Part shown: in pieces, positions 9,826 to 20,452 of the stretch
Numbering within the stretch: the stretch's first letter is position 1
Layout of the letters: each line of letters starts with the position of its first letter
Origin: Candidatus Levyibacteriota bacterium
GTDB taxonomy: Bacteria; Patescibacteriota; Microgenomatia; Levybacterales; UBA12049
NCBI GenBank assembly: GCA_016214555.1
Contig: JACROF010000012.1
Location: forward strand, 4,343 to 68,342
Direction: 5' to 3'
Length of the DNA stretch: 64,000 nt
Position numbers and translations under genes: made by a program
The notes under the pieces: model-generated
What the model was told of the DNA's origin: nothing
Database searches by the model: none
What the model saw: the letters and a program-made list of their open reading frames with translations, nothing else

Positions 9826-10524
9826 ATGAAAAAACTTTTTCTCGTTGCGAATTGGAAAGAACATAAAACTTTATCTGAGGCGCATCAATTTATGATCTCA
9901 TTTTTAGGAAATGACCTTCTTAGTTATCTTGCAAAAAATGTTTCTGTTGATAGAAAAATAATTCTTTGTCCTTCATTTATACTTCTTCCAGAATTAGCAG
10001 GGTTGCTCCATGAATTTCATTTGTCGGGCAAGATAAAACTTGGTGCTCAGAATATTTCGCCATACCCAGATGGCCCCCATACAGGTGAAGTGTCTGCGCG
10101 TCAAATTGCTGAATTCGCATCGTATGTTATTATCGGCCATTCAGAAAGAAGAAGAGAATATAATGAATCAGATGAAATTTTGGAAAAGAAGGTTTCAGCT
10201 GCTTTGGAGCAAAATATTACTCCTATTTTTTGTGTTTCAGATAAAGATGAGTTTATCCCATCAGGAGTAACGCTTGTTGCATATGAGCCAGTCGATGCTA
10301 TCGGTACAGGATCACCTGATGATCCAAAGAGTGCTCAAGCAGTTGCTAGTTACATAAAAGAAAAAAAACATATTCATTATGTGCTTTATGGAGGAAGTGT
10401 GACATCGAGAAATGTTGATTTGTATATCCAACAACCTGATATTGATGGTGTATTGGTCGGTGGAGCAAGTCTTGACCCTGTTGAATTTTCACAAATTATT
10501 CAAAATGCGAATCCTTTGTTATAA
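9826..10524 (+). CDS. tpiA: Triosephosphate isomerase
   Basis: ANWK, GHSERR, AYEP, YGGSV, LVGGASL. Confidence 0.95.
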   Translation: MKKLFLVANWKEHKTLSEAHQFMISFLGNDLLSYLAKNVSVDRKIILCPSFILLPELAGLLHEFHLSGKIKLGAQNISPYPDGPHTGEVSARQIAEFASYVIIGHSERRREYNESDEILEKKVSAALEQNITPIFCVSDKDEFIPSGVTLVAYEPVDAIGTGSPDDPKSAQAVASYIKEKKHIHYVLYGGSVTSRNVDLYIQQPDIDGVLVGGASLDPVEFSQIIQNANPLL

Positions 10525-10537
10525 TCGATAAATCACT

Positions 10538-11674
10538 ATGCCCACACGTAAAAATAGACAGATAGGTAAGTTCTTAAAACTTCTCCTTCTTTTAATTCTT
10601 ATTGGCGTTGTCCTAAAGATCTTGTTGCTGGTTATTACTTATGCGCCTGTTGCATATCAGTTGGCTTTTGATAAAAAAATATCTCTAAAAAAAGTAGCTG
10701 ATGAGAGGATTAATGTGCTACTCCTTGGTATTGGGGGAGGAAATCATGACGGGCCAAATTTAACAGATACGATTATTTTTACAAGTATTGATCCGAAAAA
10801 TAAAAAAATTACAATGATTACTCTCCCTCGAGATCTTTGGATACAAGATTTGAATTCTAAGATTAACAAAGCATACTCAGATGGTCAGGAAAATGGGAAA
10901 GGACTTGTTCTTGCAAAAGCAGCTGTTGGAAAAGTTTTAGGACAAAAAATTGATTATGGTTTTCGTATCGATTTTAACGGTTTTACTAAAGCAGTTGATA
11001 TGATGGGAGGGCTTGATGTGACGGTTGAAAGAGCATTCGATGACTATGCATATCCCTTGAGTGGGAAAGAGGATGATCTTTGTGGCTATGAAGAGATAGC
11101 TATTGCTAGTTTTTCTGCCCAAATTGCGACAGGTAGTGCAACTGATGCAGATATATTTCCTTGTAGATTTGAACATCTCCATTTTGACAAAGGGCTTTTG
11201 CATATGAACGGAGAGACAGCCTTAAAATATGTTCGATCACGTCACGCTCTCGGACCTGAGGGGTCTGACTTTGCTCGCTCAAAAAGACAAGAGAAAGTCA
11301 TAAGTGCGTTTAAAGAAAAAGTTTTTTCTGCTGGGACACTTCTTAATCCATTAAAATTAGTAAGTCTTTTTGACACCTTTCAGTCAAGTATAGATACTGA
11401 TATTAAGAAAGATGAGTATGATGATTTTGTAAAACTTGCCAACAAAATGAGGGGAGCAATAACAAAAAATTATGTTATCGATACTGGGGATGAGGAAGCA
11501 GATCGACCGGCACTTCTTTATAATCCTCCCCTTACTCCAGATAGATTTGGTGGTGCATGGGTTTTGATTCCAAAAAAAGGAGAGAGTAATTACTCAGAGA
11601 TACAAAATTATGTGAAGTGCTTGGTGGAAAATAGTGGTTGCCTAGCTACTCCTACGCCAATAAGTAAAAAATAA
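10538..11674 (+). CDS. LCP (LytR-CpsA-Psr) family cell-wall phosphotransferase
   Basis: N-terminal TM, LTDTII, LPRDLW, KIN.AY, ALKYVRSRH, SDFARSKRQ. Confidence 0.93.
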   Translation: MPTRKNRQIGKFLKLLLLLILIGVVLKILLLVITYAPVAYQLAFDKKISLKKVADERINVLLLGIGGGNHDGPNLTDTIIFTSIDPKNKKITMITLPRDLWIQDLNSKINKAYSDGQENGKGLVLAKAAVGKVLGQKIDYGFRIDFNGFTKAVDMMGGLDVTVERAFDDYAYPLSGKEDDLCGYEEIAIASFSAQIATGSATDADIFPCRFEHLHFDKGLLHMNGETALKYVRSRHALGPEGSDFARSKRQEKVISAFKEKVFSAGTLLNPLKLVSLFDTFQSSIDTDIKKDEYDDFVKLANKMRGAITKNYVIDTGDEEADRPALLYNPPLTPDRFGGAWVLIPKKGESNYSEIQNYVKCLVENSGCLATPTPISKK

Positions 11675-11702
11675 ACCCCCAAATAGCAAGCCAATTGGGG
11701 GT
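11675..11702. terminator. Probable bidirectional intrinsic terminator between convergent genes
   Basis: ACCCCCAA...TTGGGGGT 8-bp inverted repeat immediately after the LCP stop. Confidence 0.6.
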
Positions 11703-11718
11703 ATGATAATCAATGAGA

Positions 11719-11958
11719 TTACTCTTTATGAGTAAGCCCCAGGTGAACAAGTTTTTCAAGCTCTCCCTCAAGGGCAATAAGGCGAGGCAAGAATCTTCCA
11801 TCTTGATTGTCCCACCAGATCTCAACGCTATTTGCCAGCATTGGTAGATCGTTTTCTCTCAGAGTAGAAATCACATATGCTATTCGTTTTTCGAAGGGTT
11901 TTTGTGCACTTCGAATTGCTCGACGAACGGCTATTTCTGCAAGTTGGAGAAGACTCAA
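11719..11958 (-). CDS. Small hypothetical protein
   Basis: 79-aa protein-like ORF (TTG start) with an extended -10 TGCTATAAT at 12017-12009 and a terminator downstream. Confidence 0.5.
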   Translation of the reverse strand: MSLLQLAEIAVRRAIRSAQKPFEKRIAYVISTLRENDLPMLANSVEIWWDNQDGRFLPRLIALEGELEKLVHLGLTHKE

Positions 11959-12028
11959 CCTCTTGCCTTTCTTTCATTTATGCGGTCACTTGATCGCAAC
12001 TGGAGGAGATTATAGCAAATATATGTAT

Positions 12029-14248
12029 TTATATCGACATGCGATAGATTATCGTTGCCCCGCTTTGATAAACGACTTTCCCAAGAGTCTTAAAAACAGC
12101 TTCATTAACTGTATATTTTTCATGTTCTAAATTTCCTATGAAAACGTATTGAACTTTATATTTTTTTAACAAAACTAGCGTTTTTTTAATGTCTTTTGAC
12201 TCATACATCTGTTTGATCTCCTCAATTCGAGGAGCTGGGACGTCATATGTTCCTCGCCACAACCATTCATGTACTGTCCAACCAAGAATAGTTGGTAAGC
12301 CAGTGTTTGTTGAGACTCTTGCATAGTCAGTGTAGGAATCTCCTTGAGCCTCAAGAATTACTGGTTGTCCTGAAATATGCTCCTTCATCCATGCAATAGC
12401 TTTTGCATCATCAGGATATCTATCACTAAGATATCTAACGCCATTGAGTCCTTGGTGGTTGTTAAAGTTACCGTAATAAGAGCTCACTGCATAATATGGA
12501 TAAACGAAAACAAGTGAGAGAAGAAGAAGGGTTGTAGTAAAAAATAACATATAGGCAATTTTTGCAGATTTACTTGTCTGTGTTTTAAGAAAATGCATGA
12601 TGCGACTGATGCTATATCCGCTAACGAGCGAAAGCATGATAAAAGCTTGGAAAACAAGTTTAAACATGGTATTTGCTCTGTAATGAGCAGGGTATATATC
12701 TTTTGCATACATAAATTCAGGAATAATGATTAGTATTGTTGAAAGTGCAAAAATCATAAAAATAAAAATATCCGAGGCGTATCGTTTTGTTATTTTTTTA
12801 AGAGTAACCATAAGTGAAATTGCAAAAAAATAGAAAAAACCATATAGAACAAAAAGTTGCCATAATGGTGATTTTTGACAATGGTCTGTCTCAAAAAGAA
12901 ATGGACCAATTTGGCCCTTGGTAACAAGAAAATTAGGAGCACACAAGATACCGATCCCTGACACGAATGGCTTGAAGAATAATGAAAAAGGTAATGAAAA
13001 TATCACAAAACAACCGGCAAGAAATATTATCAAAGGAAATACTTTTGCACTTACAGATATGATCGATGACAGAAGTATTTTTTTATTTGTGAGCGACTCA
13101 TACTGTTGATATGCGAGAAGCATTATCGCCAATAAAAAATAGATTAGACCATCCCATGCATTGGTCATGTACATGCAGGCGAGAAAAAAGCCGAGAGTAA
13201 TAAGAGGTATCGATTGAGAAAAATGTACAGTTATTTTCTTTTTAAATAAAGATATTGAAAGTTTTTTTGTTGGGTTTTGTTTTTTGCTACTAATAAGAAG
13301 TGAAAATATGTAGGCAAGCGTTAGGAGAACAAATGGTATGTCTGTTACGTGTCCATGAAGATCTGAGACTGTCCAAGAGTACATAGGAAATTCATGGATT
13401 GTATTGTGAATAAACCTTGTAGCATTAGGATACCAATAGGAGTTGGGGAATGAGGACGGAGAAAATGCGAGACTCCACATGGGGATGGGATGATCATTTT
13501 CGTATGGTTTAAAAAAGGTATAGAGTGTATGAAGATTTCCAGAAAATGTCACGATGCATGCAGTGAGAATCCCTGCAACAATTATTTTGAATAAATATTT
13601 TTTTTGAATGAATTGGTTATAAAGATTTGCAGCAAGAGAAAAACTACCGACAAAGGTTAATCCTGCAAGTGTTGCTATCATGAGGTTGTAGGTGTATTCA
13701 GACTTAAGAAGTGATAATTTTGTCAGAACAGCCGTAATGAAATGGCCAAAATAATAATAGTTAATAGAAAAAGGAGTAAGCCACATGTCTTTTGGTGGGA
13801 AAAAATCACTACGTAAAATAGAATTAACAAATCCATAATCCATAAATTTTTCCAAGCCATTAATTTCAGGTGAATAAGAACGGATGAATGCCCAGATAAA
13901 AAGGATAACAATAAACAATATTTCTTCAACAACTATCCATCTCCACTGTGTTTTTAGTATTCTAGGTATAGAAATTATTTTTTTAGGATATTTTTGAGAA
14001 AGAAATATTTCTCCAGTAAGAATCAAAGCTGCTATAAGAAAAAGGCTTGCAAAAGAAAAGGGTAATATATGAAGAGTTCCAAAAAGGAGCATGAGATATG
14101 AGACTAAAAGTATTCCGAGACTTTTGCTGAATGCATAACCTTTATCTATAAAATGGTTAAAAAGAACCCCAGTCAAAGGAAGTGTGATAATGCCAACAAG
14201 GAAAATAGTTACCCACCATTGCAGCGTGATAATGAAGTCTATTGTCAT
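12029..14248 (-). CDS. DUF2298 / YYY-domain membrane protein (GT-C-like)
   Basis: EKFMD, PP.D.W, INYYYFG, TIHEFP.YS...DLH.H, N.WD, R.NTMFK, LGW..HE..WR. Confidence 0.88.
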   Translation of the reverse strand: MTIDFIITLQWWVTIFLVGIITLPLTGVLFNHFIDKGYAFSKSLGILLVSYLMLLFGTLHILPFSFASLFLIAALILTGEIFLSQKYPKKIISIPRILKTQWRWIVVEEILFIVILFIWAFIRSYSPEINGLEKFMDYGFVNSILRSDFFPPKDMWLTPFSINYYYFGHFITAVLTKLSLLKSEYTYNLMIATLAGLTFVGSFSLAANLYNQFIQKKYLFKIIVAGILTACIVTFSGNLHTLYTFFKPYENDHPIPMWSLAFSPSSFPNSYWYPNATRFIHNTIHEFPMYSWTVSDLHGHVTDIPFVLLTLAYIFSLLISSKKQNPTKKLSISLFKKKITVHFSQSIPLITLGFFLACMYMTNAWDGLIYFLLAIMLLAYQQYESLTNKKILLSSIISVSAKVFPLIIFLAGCFVIFSLPFSLFFKPFVSGIGILCAPNFLVTKGQIGPFLFETDHCQKSPLWQLFVLYGFFYFFAISLMVTLKKITKRYASDIFIFMIFALSTILIIIPEFMYAKDIYPAHYRANTMFKLVFQAFIMLSLVSGYSISRIMHFLKTQTSKSAKIAYMLFFTTTLLLLSLVFVYPYYAVSSYYGNFNNHQGLNGVRYLSDRYPDDAKAIAWMKEHISGQPVILEAQGDSYTDYARVSTNTGLPTILGWTVHEWLWRGTYDVPAPRIEEIKQMYESKDIKKTLVLLKKYKVQYVFIGNLEHEKYTVNEAVFKTLGKVVYQSGATIIYRMSI

Positions 14249-14790
14249 TGTAAGTCTACTATTTCAGAGAGTTTTGAAATCTGCTTGATGTTATCTGGAA
14301 GCGATTGAGTACTTAATCCTTGGTGGTACCAATAGAATTTGATGTTCTTATTCTTTTTGGCTACATAAGTAAGGAGGTGAAGGTCATCATCTATGTAAAT
14401 ATCCAAATCTAGCATTTTTAGTATCCGATTTTTGAAAAGATGCGGCTGCTCATTATTGAAATTAAAATACATGTTCTCAAAAATTTTATGTAGCCCTAAT
14501 CTCTTTACAAGAGAGAGAGTTTGTTTTTCAAGAAAGCCAAATCTACTAGAGATTAAAAAAAGCTTATTTTTTTTCCTGTTCAGACTTTGGAGAAAAGTAA
14601 TATTTTCTTTAATTGGTGGTCTGAGGTAGTGATTGTGTGAGATTTTGCGAAAGAACTGTTCAGGATGAGATGGAATTCTGTAGAGTAGCTCCCTTTCATC
14701 TTTTTTTCGATAAAGCCTATCAATGAGAGAATCTGGAATCAATGGAGGATAATCAACAAAAATTTTATCTAAGTCAAAACCAATATTCAT
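14245..14790 (-). CDS. HAD-like phosphatase/nucleotidase family protein
   Basis: MNIGFDLD motif I, ISSR, K, YIDD motif IV. Confidence 0.7.
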   Translation of the reverse strand: MNIGFDLDKIFVDYPPLIPDSLIDRLYRKKDERELLYRIPSHPEQFFRKISHNHYLRPPIKENITFLQSLNRKKNKLFLISSRFGFLEKQTLSLVKRLGLHKIFENMYFNFNNEQPHLFKNRILKMLDLDIYIDDDLHLLTYVAKKNKNIKFYWYHQGLSTQSLPDNIKQISKLSEIVDLQ

Positions 14791-15824
14791 ATTCGAGAAA
14801 TAATGTTGAGGAGTCTAAAATTCCAGCTAGCACGATGAGTGTCTCCTGTTTTGCTATGAATTTTGTTTCTATTCTTCTTGTACCATAGATAGCTCTCCAG
14901 TAAAAGCTCCTTGTTTGATTTTTTTGGGGTCCAGTGTAAAAGTTTTTGAGCTTTTTCTATGGATACATAAGATGGTATAGGCATTGTTTTATAATGCCAT
15001 GCGGCGATAGGTGAAAGATTCAGCACTTCAAGTATTTTGAGAATTACTTGAGAAGGGATAACTGGAAGGCCTGTAATTTTTGATTGAGATTTTTCAGATT
15101 TGATGATAAAACTTAAATCTTTTCTCCACGTTTGATATTCTTTTGCGCCAATATTAAATATTTCATTTGTAACATCGCTTATTAATGCCTTGTAAATAGC
15201 ATCTGCAACATCAGAAACGGCTAGGAGTTGGTATTTGTTGTTTCCTTTACCGAGCACAAAAACTCTTCTACCTGTATATATCGCTTCAAACCACAGAGAA
15301 AATACGCCTAATCTTTCTGGTCCTAAAAAAGTTTTGGGACGAATAATATTTATATCCAGGCCTTTTTGTATAAATTCTTTACAAAGATGCTCAGCAAGCA
15401 ATTTCGATTGTCCATATTGTCCAATTGGCTCCATAGGACTTTCCTCAGTCTCTGGAAGATGCTTTGGGATACCATAGAGGGCTGTTGTAGAAATAAAAAC
15501 TAGCCTTTTAACGCTCGCTTCGCTTGCTGCCTCTAAAACTCTTTTTGTTCCATTGACATTAACACTATAAATTTTCTGCTTTGTTCTTTGAATGGGTAAT
15601 GCAGCTGCTGCATGAATAACATGAGTTACGTTTTTCATTGCGGAGTTGATGTCGTTTTTTTTCCTCACATCTCCTTTAATAAACTCTACATTTCCAATCA
15701 AATCTTTGGCATCAAGTGGGGCTATGTCAAAAAGGGTTACCTTAAAATCCTTTTTAAGCAGCAATCTGGCAACATGAACTCCTAGAAATCCGGAGCCGCC
15801 TGTAATTAAGACATGGGGCCTCAT
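14787..15824 (-). CDS. NAD-dependent epimerase/dehydratase (extended SDR)
   Basis: TGGSGFLG, HAAA, YGQSK catalytic motif. Confidence 0.92.
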   Translation of the reverse strand: MRPHVLITGGSGFLGVHVARLLLKKDFKVTLFDIAPLDAKDLIGNVEFIKGDVRKKNDINSAMKNVTHVIHAAAALPIQRTKQKIYSVNVNGTKRVLEAASEASVKRLVFISTTALYGIPKHLPETEESPMEPIGQYGQSKLLAEHLCKEFIQKGLDINIIRPKTFLGPERLGVFSLWFEAIYTGRRVFVLGKGNNKYQLLAVSDVADAIYKALISDVTNEIFNIGAKEYQTWRKDLSFIIKSEKSQSKITGLPVIPSQVILKILEVLNLSPIAAWHYKTMPIPSYVSIEKAQKLLHWTPKKSNKELLLESYLWYKKNRNKIHSKTGDTHRASWNFRLLNIISRI

Positions 15825-15873
15825 AGAAGGTTATTGTAGCGTGTGGTTTTTCTTGATACAAGAAGTAAACCAT

Positions 15874-17568
15874 CTATTTATTCATATTCTTAAAGATAGT
15901 GACAACTGGGTGATCATAGACACTAAATGATTCATCAAGATTTTGGTCATTTAGCTCAAGAGTAGTGAATGGGATTGTAGCAAAGGATGAGAATTCTGCA
16001 ACTTTTTTGTATCCAAGCTTTCCTTTAAATAGGTCATCATAGTATTTAGCAGTTTCTTTGTAACATCTGCCTTTGGGTAGATTTTGGCAGTCAATAAGCT
16101 TGCTAAGTGGCTTATAAAGTCTGCTTGATGAAAGGATTAGGTAGTCACTTTTTTGTAAGGATGATGCAATAATGCTCCATTTCAATGGTGAGTCTGGCTC
16201 ATAAAGTGCAAGAGTCTCGTATTGATAATCGCTTGCGTTAAATAAAGGAAGGGAGTCATCCCAATGCTCAACTGCTATAGTGCTTGAGGAAGGGATGTTT
16301 TTTGTAATCCATATACTAGCCTCATATCGCGTGAAAGGTTTTGTATAGATTGACATAAAGGAGATTGGCCAGGTAAGTACGCCAATAAGAAAAATACATG
16401 CAAGAACCATTTTAGGAGACTTCAGTTTTATAAAAATCTGATAACTTACAAGGCCACCGAAGAGGCAAAGAATTGGATATAGAGGTAGTATATACCTGAT
16501 AAATCCTACAGCAAATTTTCCAACAATTAAAAAATAACTCAAAAAAAAGATCAGAAGTATTAGCTCTTGTTTTTTAAAAAGTCCAGCCTTTTTTGTCTTG
16601 ATATCAATTGCTCTTTTGATAATTCCAAAAAAGCATGTTAAGGCAAGAATTGGACCCATCCCTACAAAAAATACTTGAGTGAGTTCGTAAATATAGGGAA
16701 TCTTTCCTACGTATTGAAGCGTGTAAGGGAAAGTAAAAGCGTTTTTTGTCATTTGCGCTTGGGCTAGAGTTTGCTGCCAAAATTCAGGAAAAGCAATAAG
16801 CACATATGGTTGAAAAACAAAAAATAACAATACTGTCATAGCTCCTGTTGCAAGAAAATAAAGAATAAGTTTTTTCAAAAATGAAGGAACGTGGGCGATC
16901 CAGCTCTTAGGGTGAGGGCTTTTCTTAATGATTAGTAAAAAATCAATGGAGAGGGCGAAGAGAAAAGATACAATCAGTACTGTCGCACTAATTTTTGTTG
17001 AGAGAGACGCTGCAAGACTTGCTCCAATAAGGAGGCTTAATTTTAGAGAAGGATTCTCATAAAAACGTATGAGAAGATATAGCGTGAGAAGTATAAAAAA
17101 AGAAAGTAATGTATCAACTGCATAAAAACGAGAGAGTTGTATTGGCAATACACTTATTCCATAAAAAAAGGCAGCCAGAGCTCCAACTTTATTATTCCAA
17201 AGACGCCTACCAATGAAAAAGACGAGAGACAATATTCCAAGGTCAGCAAAAAGAGAAATAGCTCTTCCAATAATTGTCAAATAGTCATAAGAGAAATATT
17301 CTGGTTTAAAAATGGCAATAAGTTTTCCCACAAAGTAAAGCATGTAGAGAGGTAGTGATCCATATGCAAAAAAATGGGGATTCCAGGTGCTGTTCGGGTT
17401 AAAAAAATCAGCTACTGTTTTTGGAAAAGAAAGTTGATTTGTAAATAGGATTATAGCTCTCTCATCCGGATGCATATGAAATCCATGATCCCAATTTATG
17501 CCATATACTCTCATAAGCCCTGAAGCTATAAAAATTGTGATAAATAAAATCTTGCTATTATTTTTCAT
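15874..17568 (-). CDS. GT39/ArnT-like membrane glycosyltransferase
   Basis: HPDER, NPHFFAYGSLP, multiple TMs, C-terminal VYDHP. Confidence 0.82.
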   Translation of the reverse strand: MKNNSKILFITIFIASGLMRVYGINWDHGFHMHPDERAIILFTNQLSFPKTVADFFNPNSTWNPHFFAYGSLPLYMLYFVGKLIAIFKPEYFSYDYLTIIGRAISLFADLGILSLVFFIGRRLWNNKVGALAAFFYGISVLPIQLSRFYAVDTLLSFFILLTLYLLIRFYENPSLKLSLLIGASLAASLSTKISATVLIVSFLFALSIDFLLIIKKSPHPKSWIAHVPSFLKKLILYFLATGAMTVLLFFVFQPYVLIAFPEFWQQTLAQAQMTKNAFTFPYTLQYVGKIPYIYELTQVFFVGMGPILALTCFFGIIKRAIDIKTKKAGLFKKQELILLIFFLSYFLIVGKFAVGFIRYILPLYPILCLFGGLVSYQIFIKLKSPKMVLACIFLIGVLTWPISFMSIYTKPFTRYEASIWITKNIPSSSTIAVEHWDDSLPLFNASDYQYETLALYEPDSPLKWSIIASSLQKSDYLILSSSRLYKPLSKLIDCQNLPKGRCYKETAKYYDDLFKGKLGYKKVAEFSSFATIPFTTLELNDQNLDESFSVYDHPVVTIFKNMNK

Positions 17569-19171
17569 AGTTAATTTTGAAAATCATAACTGTTGGTCTA
17601 TCAAAAACATTAACTGTCTGCTCAGGGCCAAAAATTGGATCAAAGGAGTAGGCAATCTTGCACCAAAAGTCGCAAGGCGTCTCATAGATTTTTTTATATG
17701 TAGTTGAGTTGTCTATTTGTTTATATATCTTGTTTCCTTTTGGAAAATGGACAGGGTCATGTAAGCGGGTTTGATATAGTCTTTGACTAGGTAGTACAAG
17801 ATAATCAGATTGTGCAATTTTGTCTTTATATATTGTTAGTGTTGCATCAGGAGAATTATTTTCTAGATCATAAAAGTTAAAAAGCTCAACTGATGGATAA
17901 TATTGATTAAAAGGAATGATGCCAAGGTCATAAATCTCAGAAAGAATTTTTTTATTTGTTGGTATATTTATTTTCGCAAATGTAACCGCCTCAATTCTTG
18001 TGTCTTTTTCAAGGTATACAGTTTTTACAAATGAAAAAGCAAAAACAAGATTAAGCACTCCCGCTATGCCCCCTAAAAATATAAGTGTTTTTTTATTTTT
18101 CTTACTACTCTCATAAATAATTATTGCCGTTAATGAAAGCATGAGATAGATAAAAGGAAGGGTAGGAACAAAGTATCTTGTCCATTGTGCGAAGAGAAAT
18201 GTTTGTGACAGAAATGATGTAAAAAAGAAAATAAGAAGATAGACTAGTTCAATGTTAAATTTTTTAGTAAGAGTGATTATGAGAACTGCTATAGATAATG
18301 GAATTAAAACAGTATGAATTGGGTTAACTAGATGAGGATAGATTTTTAAAAAAGGGAAGACAATTGGAGTTGCGGTTAAAAATTCTCCAGTATAAAAAAC
18401 TACGATCTTTCCAAGAGCTACATTTGATTCATAGGTAATACTATTTATGAAAGAGCGGGTATCAAGAAATGTGAATGGATTAGTAATGCTATAAAAAATA
18501 GCAGCAGACAATAGTGCACCTCCAGCTATAAGAGATTTCTTAATAAGAGTATAATTTTTTTGAAAAAAGATAAGACTAATAAAAGGTAAATAGATTACGC
18601 TTGAAATTTTTACACCGATGAGAACTGAAAGGCTAAAGGCAAGAAGTAAGGCATGAGCCAGTGAGGGGCTTTTTTGATAGAGGAGAACGCTTAAGAATAA
18701 GAGAGCCAAAAAAAATGTTAGCCACATTTCAAATGTCCCAAAATGTGCATACTGAATCATACCTACTCCTGTTGAGGTAATGTATGCGGAAATGATTCCT
18801 GCACTTTTATTTTTTAATAGAGCTCCTATTTTATAGACCAATAGAATTGTTCCACATGAAAATAGAAATGAAAAAAATCTTAAAATTACGACCGCATCCT
18901 CAAATCCTACTTTGTTTGGAGAAATTACCTCTTGTGAGAAAAGGTTTTTTACAAGTCCTAAAAAGAACGTTACATAAATAGGTAGTGATCCATATGCAAA
19001 AAAATGTGGGTTCAATTGATCTGGAAATCTCATTCCAGAAATTGCGTTTGCAATATTTCGCTCATCAGGGTGAAAGAAAAAAGGCGACCCCCAGAAGAGA
19101 TTTACAGCTCTTAAGATCGTCCCTAAAACAACAATAGCTATAAGTGCCTTGTAAGAAAAAGTTTTTTGCAT
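17558..19171 (-). CDS. GT39/ArnT-like membrane glycosyltransferase (paralog of the adjacent gene)
   Basis: HPDER, NPHFFAYGSLP, multiple TMs, C-terminal VFDRP. Confidence 0.82.
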   Translation of the reverse strand: MQKTFSYKALIAIVVLGTILRAVNLFWGSPFFFHPDERNIANAISGMRFPDQLNPHFFAYGSLPIYVTFFLGLVKNLFSQEVISPNKVGFEDAVVILRFFSFLFSCGTILLVYKIGALLKNKSAGIISAYITSTGVGMIQYAHFGTFEMWLTFFLALLFLSVLLYQKSPSLAHALLLAFSLSVLIGVKISSVIYLPFISLIFFQKNYTLIKKSLIAGGALLSAAIFYSITNPFTFLDTRSFINSITYESNVALGKIVVFYTGEFLTATPIVFPFLKIYPHLVNPIHTVLIPLSIAVLIITLTKKFNIELVYLLIFFFTSFLSQTFLFAQWTRYFVPTLPFIYLMLSLTAIIIYESSKKNKKTLIFLGGIAGVLNLVFAFSFVKTVYLEKDTRIEAVTFAKINIPTNKKILSEIYDLGIIPFNQYYPSVELFNFYDLENNSPDATLTIYKDKIAQSDYLVLPSQRLYQTRLHDPVHFPKGNKIYKQIDNSTTYKKIYETPCDFWCKIAYSFDPIFGPEQTVNVFDRPTVMIFKINYEK

Positions 19172-19174
19172 AAT

Positions 19175-20452
19175 CTAGGAGGTGGCTATCTTTGCGATTT
19201 TTTCTCCTAACTCAACTGCATAATTTGTTCCCCTATCCCACGGATATACTTGTTCGATATTTGCCAAAAATGTATGAGGTAGCGGAGTCTTAAAAGGAGG
19301 GATGAGTTTGGAATAATTTGTGGGAATGATCGGTTGTGCGAAAGGAGCTCTAAATACATCATAGGAGATGATATTTTTTTGATAATCAGGATTTATTTTC
19401 TTAAGTAAAGGATCATATCTTTTTAAGAGATTTTTTTTGTCCATTATAAAAAGTTCGCTATGAGGATCTGGGTAATTTCCAACATATACGATGTGTTCAT
19501 TGTTGAAATGTTTTTTATTCATAAGATTTGTGTGCTCTACAACCACCATTACTGGAGCATCTTTTTCGCATATGCTTAACCAGTATGTGTTGTCCTCAAG
19601 CATGTGTTTTTTCAATCTCAGGATCATATTTGTCGCACCCAACCCTCTCAGTCTTACTAATGTTTCTTTATAGCTTTCAGGAAGGTCTGGTGCAATTTTG
19701 AGAAAAAGAAAAGAGGGAAGAGTTACGATTATTCGATCGAATTTTTCAGTCTTTTCTTTGTTGTTTTTTACATAGGTTATTTGAGCGGTTTGACTATCTG
19801 AGAGATTAATTATTTCAGAATTATAGTTGATGACTCCCCCACCATTGCGGATTTTTGACGCAAGAGCATTGGCAAATTTTAGAAATCCTCCTTCTGGATA
19901 AGCAAGAGAAGGAGTTCTCTTGTAGATTCTTGTCCAGAACCAAACAAGTGAAATTTCTGTTGCATATTTTCCCATTTTATTTTTAAGTTGTGGTTCCCAG
20001 AGCATAGAGAAAGCTTTCTCACCCATTGTTTTTTTAAGAAATGAAATGGCATTTATTTTTTCAAGTGGACGCCAAAAAGGATTTAGCTTTAGAAAGGCAA
20101 GGATAAAGCTCATGCGAAGCTTGTCAAGGAGGGGGAGTTTGGGAAAAGAGAGAATTGCCAAGGGCGAATCTAGTTGATAGCTTTTTCCATCCAAGAAAAC
20201 TGAGGTTTTTGGTCTTTTAATTATTACTGGAAAATCAATTTCGTGGGCTAAATTTAGTATATGATTATCGTTTGTGAACCAGTGGTGATAGTGTTTTTCT
20301 AGAGTCCAGTTCCATTCCTTTTCTTTATAGCCAAGAGCAAGCCCTCCAGGATTTGGGTCTTTTTCAAAAATAGTTACCTTATGGCCATTTTTTTGTAGAT
20401 AAAAAGCTGCAGATAGGCCCGTAAAGCCGGCGCCGATTATACCTATTTTCAT
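19175..20452 (-). CDS. FAD-dependent oxidoreductase (amine oxidase/protoporphyrinogen oxidase-like)
   Basis: IIGAGFTGL Rossmann, GGLA, LEKHYHH, YPWDRGTNYA. Confidence 0.85.
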   Translation of the reverse strand: MKIGIIGAGFTGLSAAFYLQKNGHKVTIFEKDPNPGGLALGYKEKEWNWTLEKHYHHWFTNDNHILNLAHEIDFPVIIKRPKTSVFLDGKSYQLDSPLAILSFPKLPLLDKLRMSFILAFLKLNPFWRPLEKINAISFLKKTMGEKAFSMLWEPQLKNKMGKYATEISLVWFWTRIYKRTPSLAYPEGGFLKFANALASKIRNGGGVINYNSEIINLSDSQTAQITYVKNNKEKTEKFDRIIVTLPSFLFLKIAPDLPESYKETLVRLRGLGATNMILRLKKHMLEDNTYWLSICEKDAPVMVVVEHTNLMNKKHFNNEHIVYVGNYPDPHSELFIMDKKNLLKRYDPLLKKINPDYQKNIISYDVFRAPFAQPIIPTNYSKLIPPFKTPLPHTFLANIEQVYPWDRGTNYAVELGEKIAKIATS

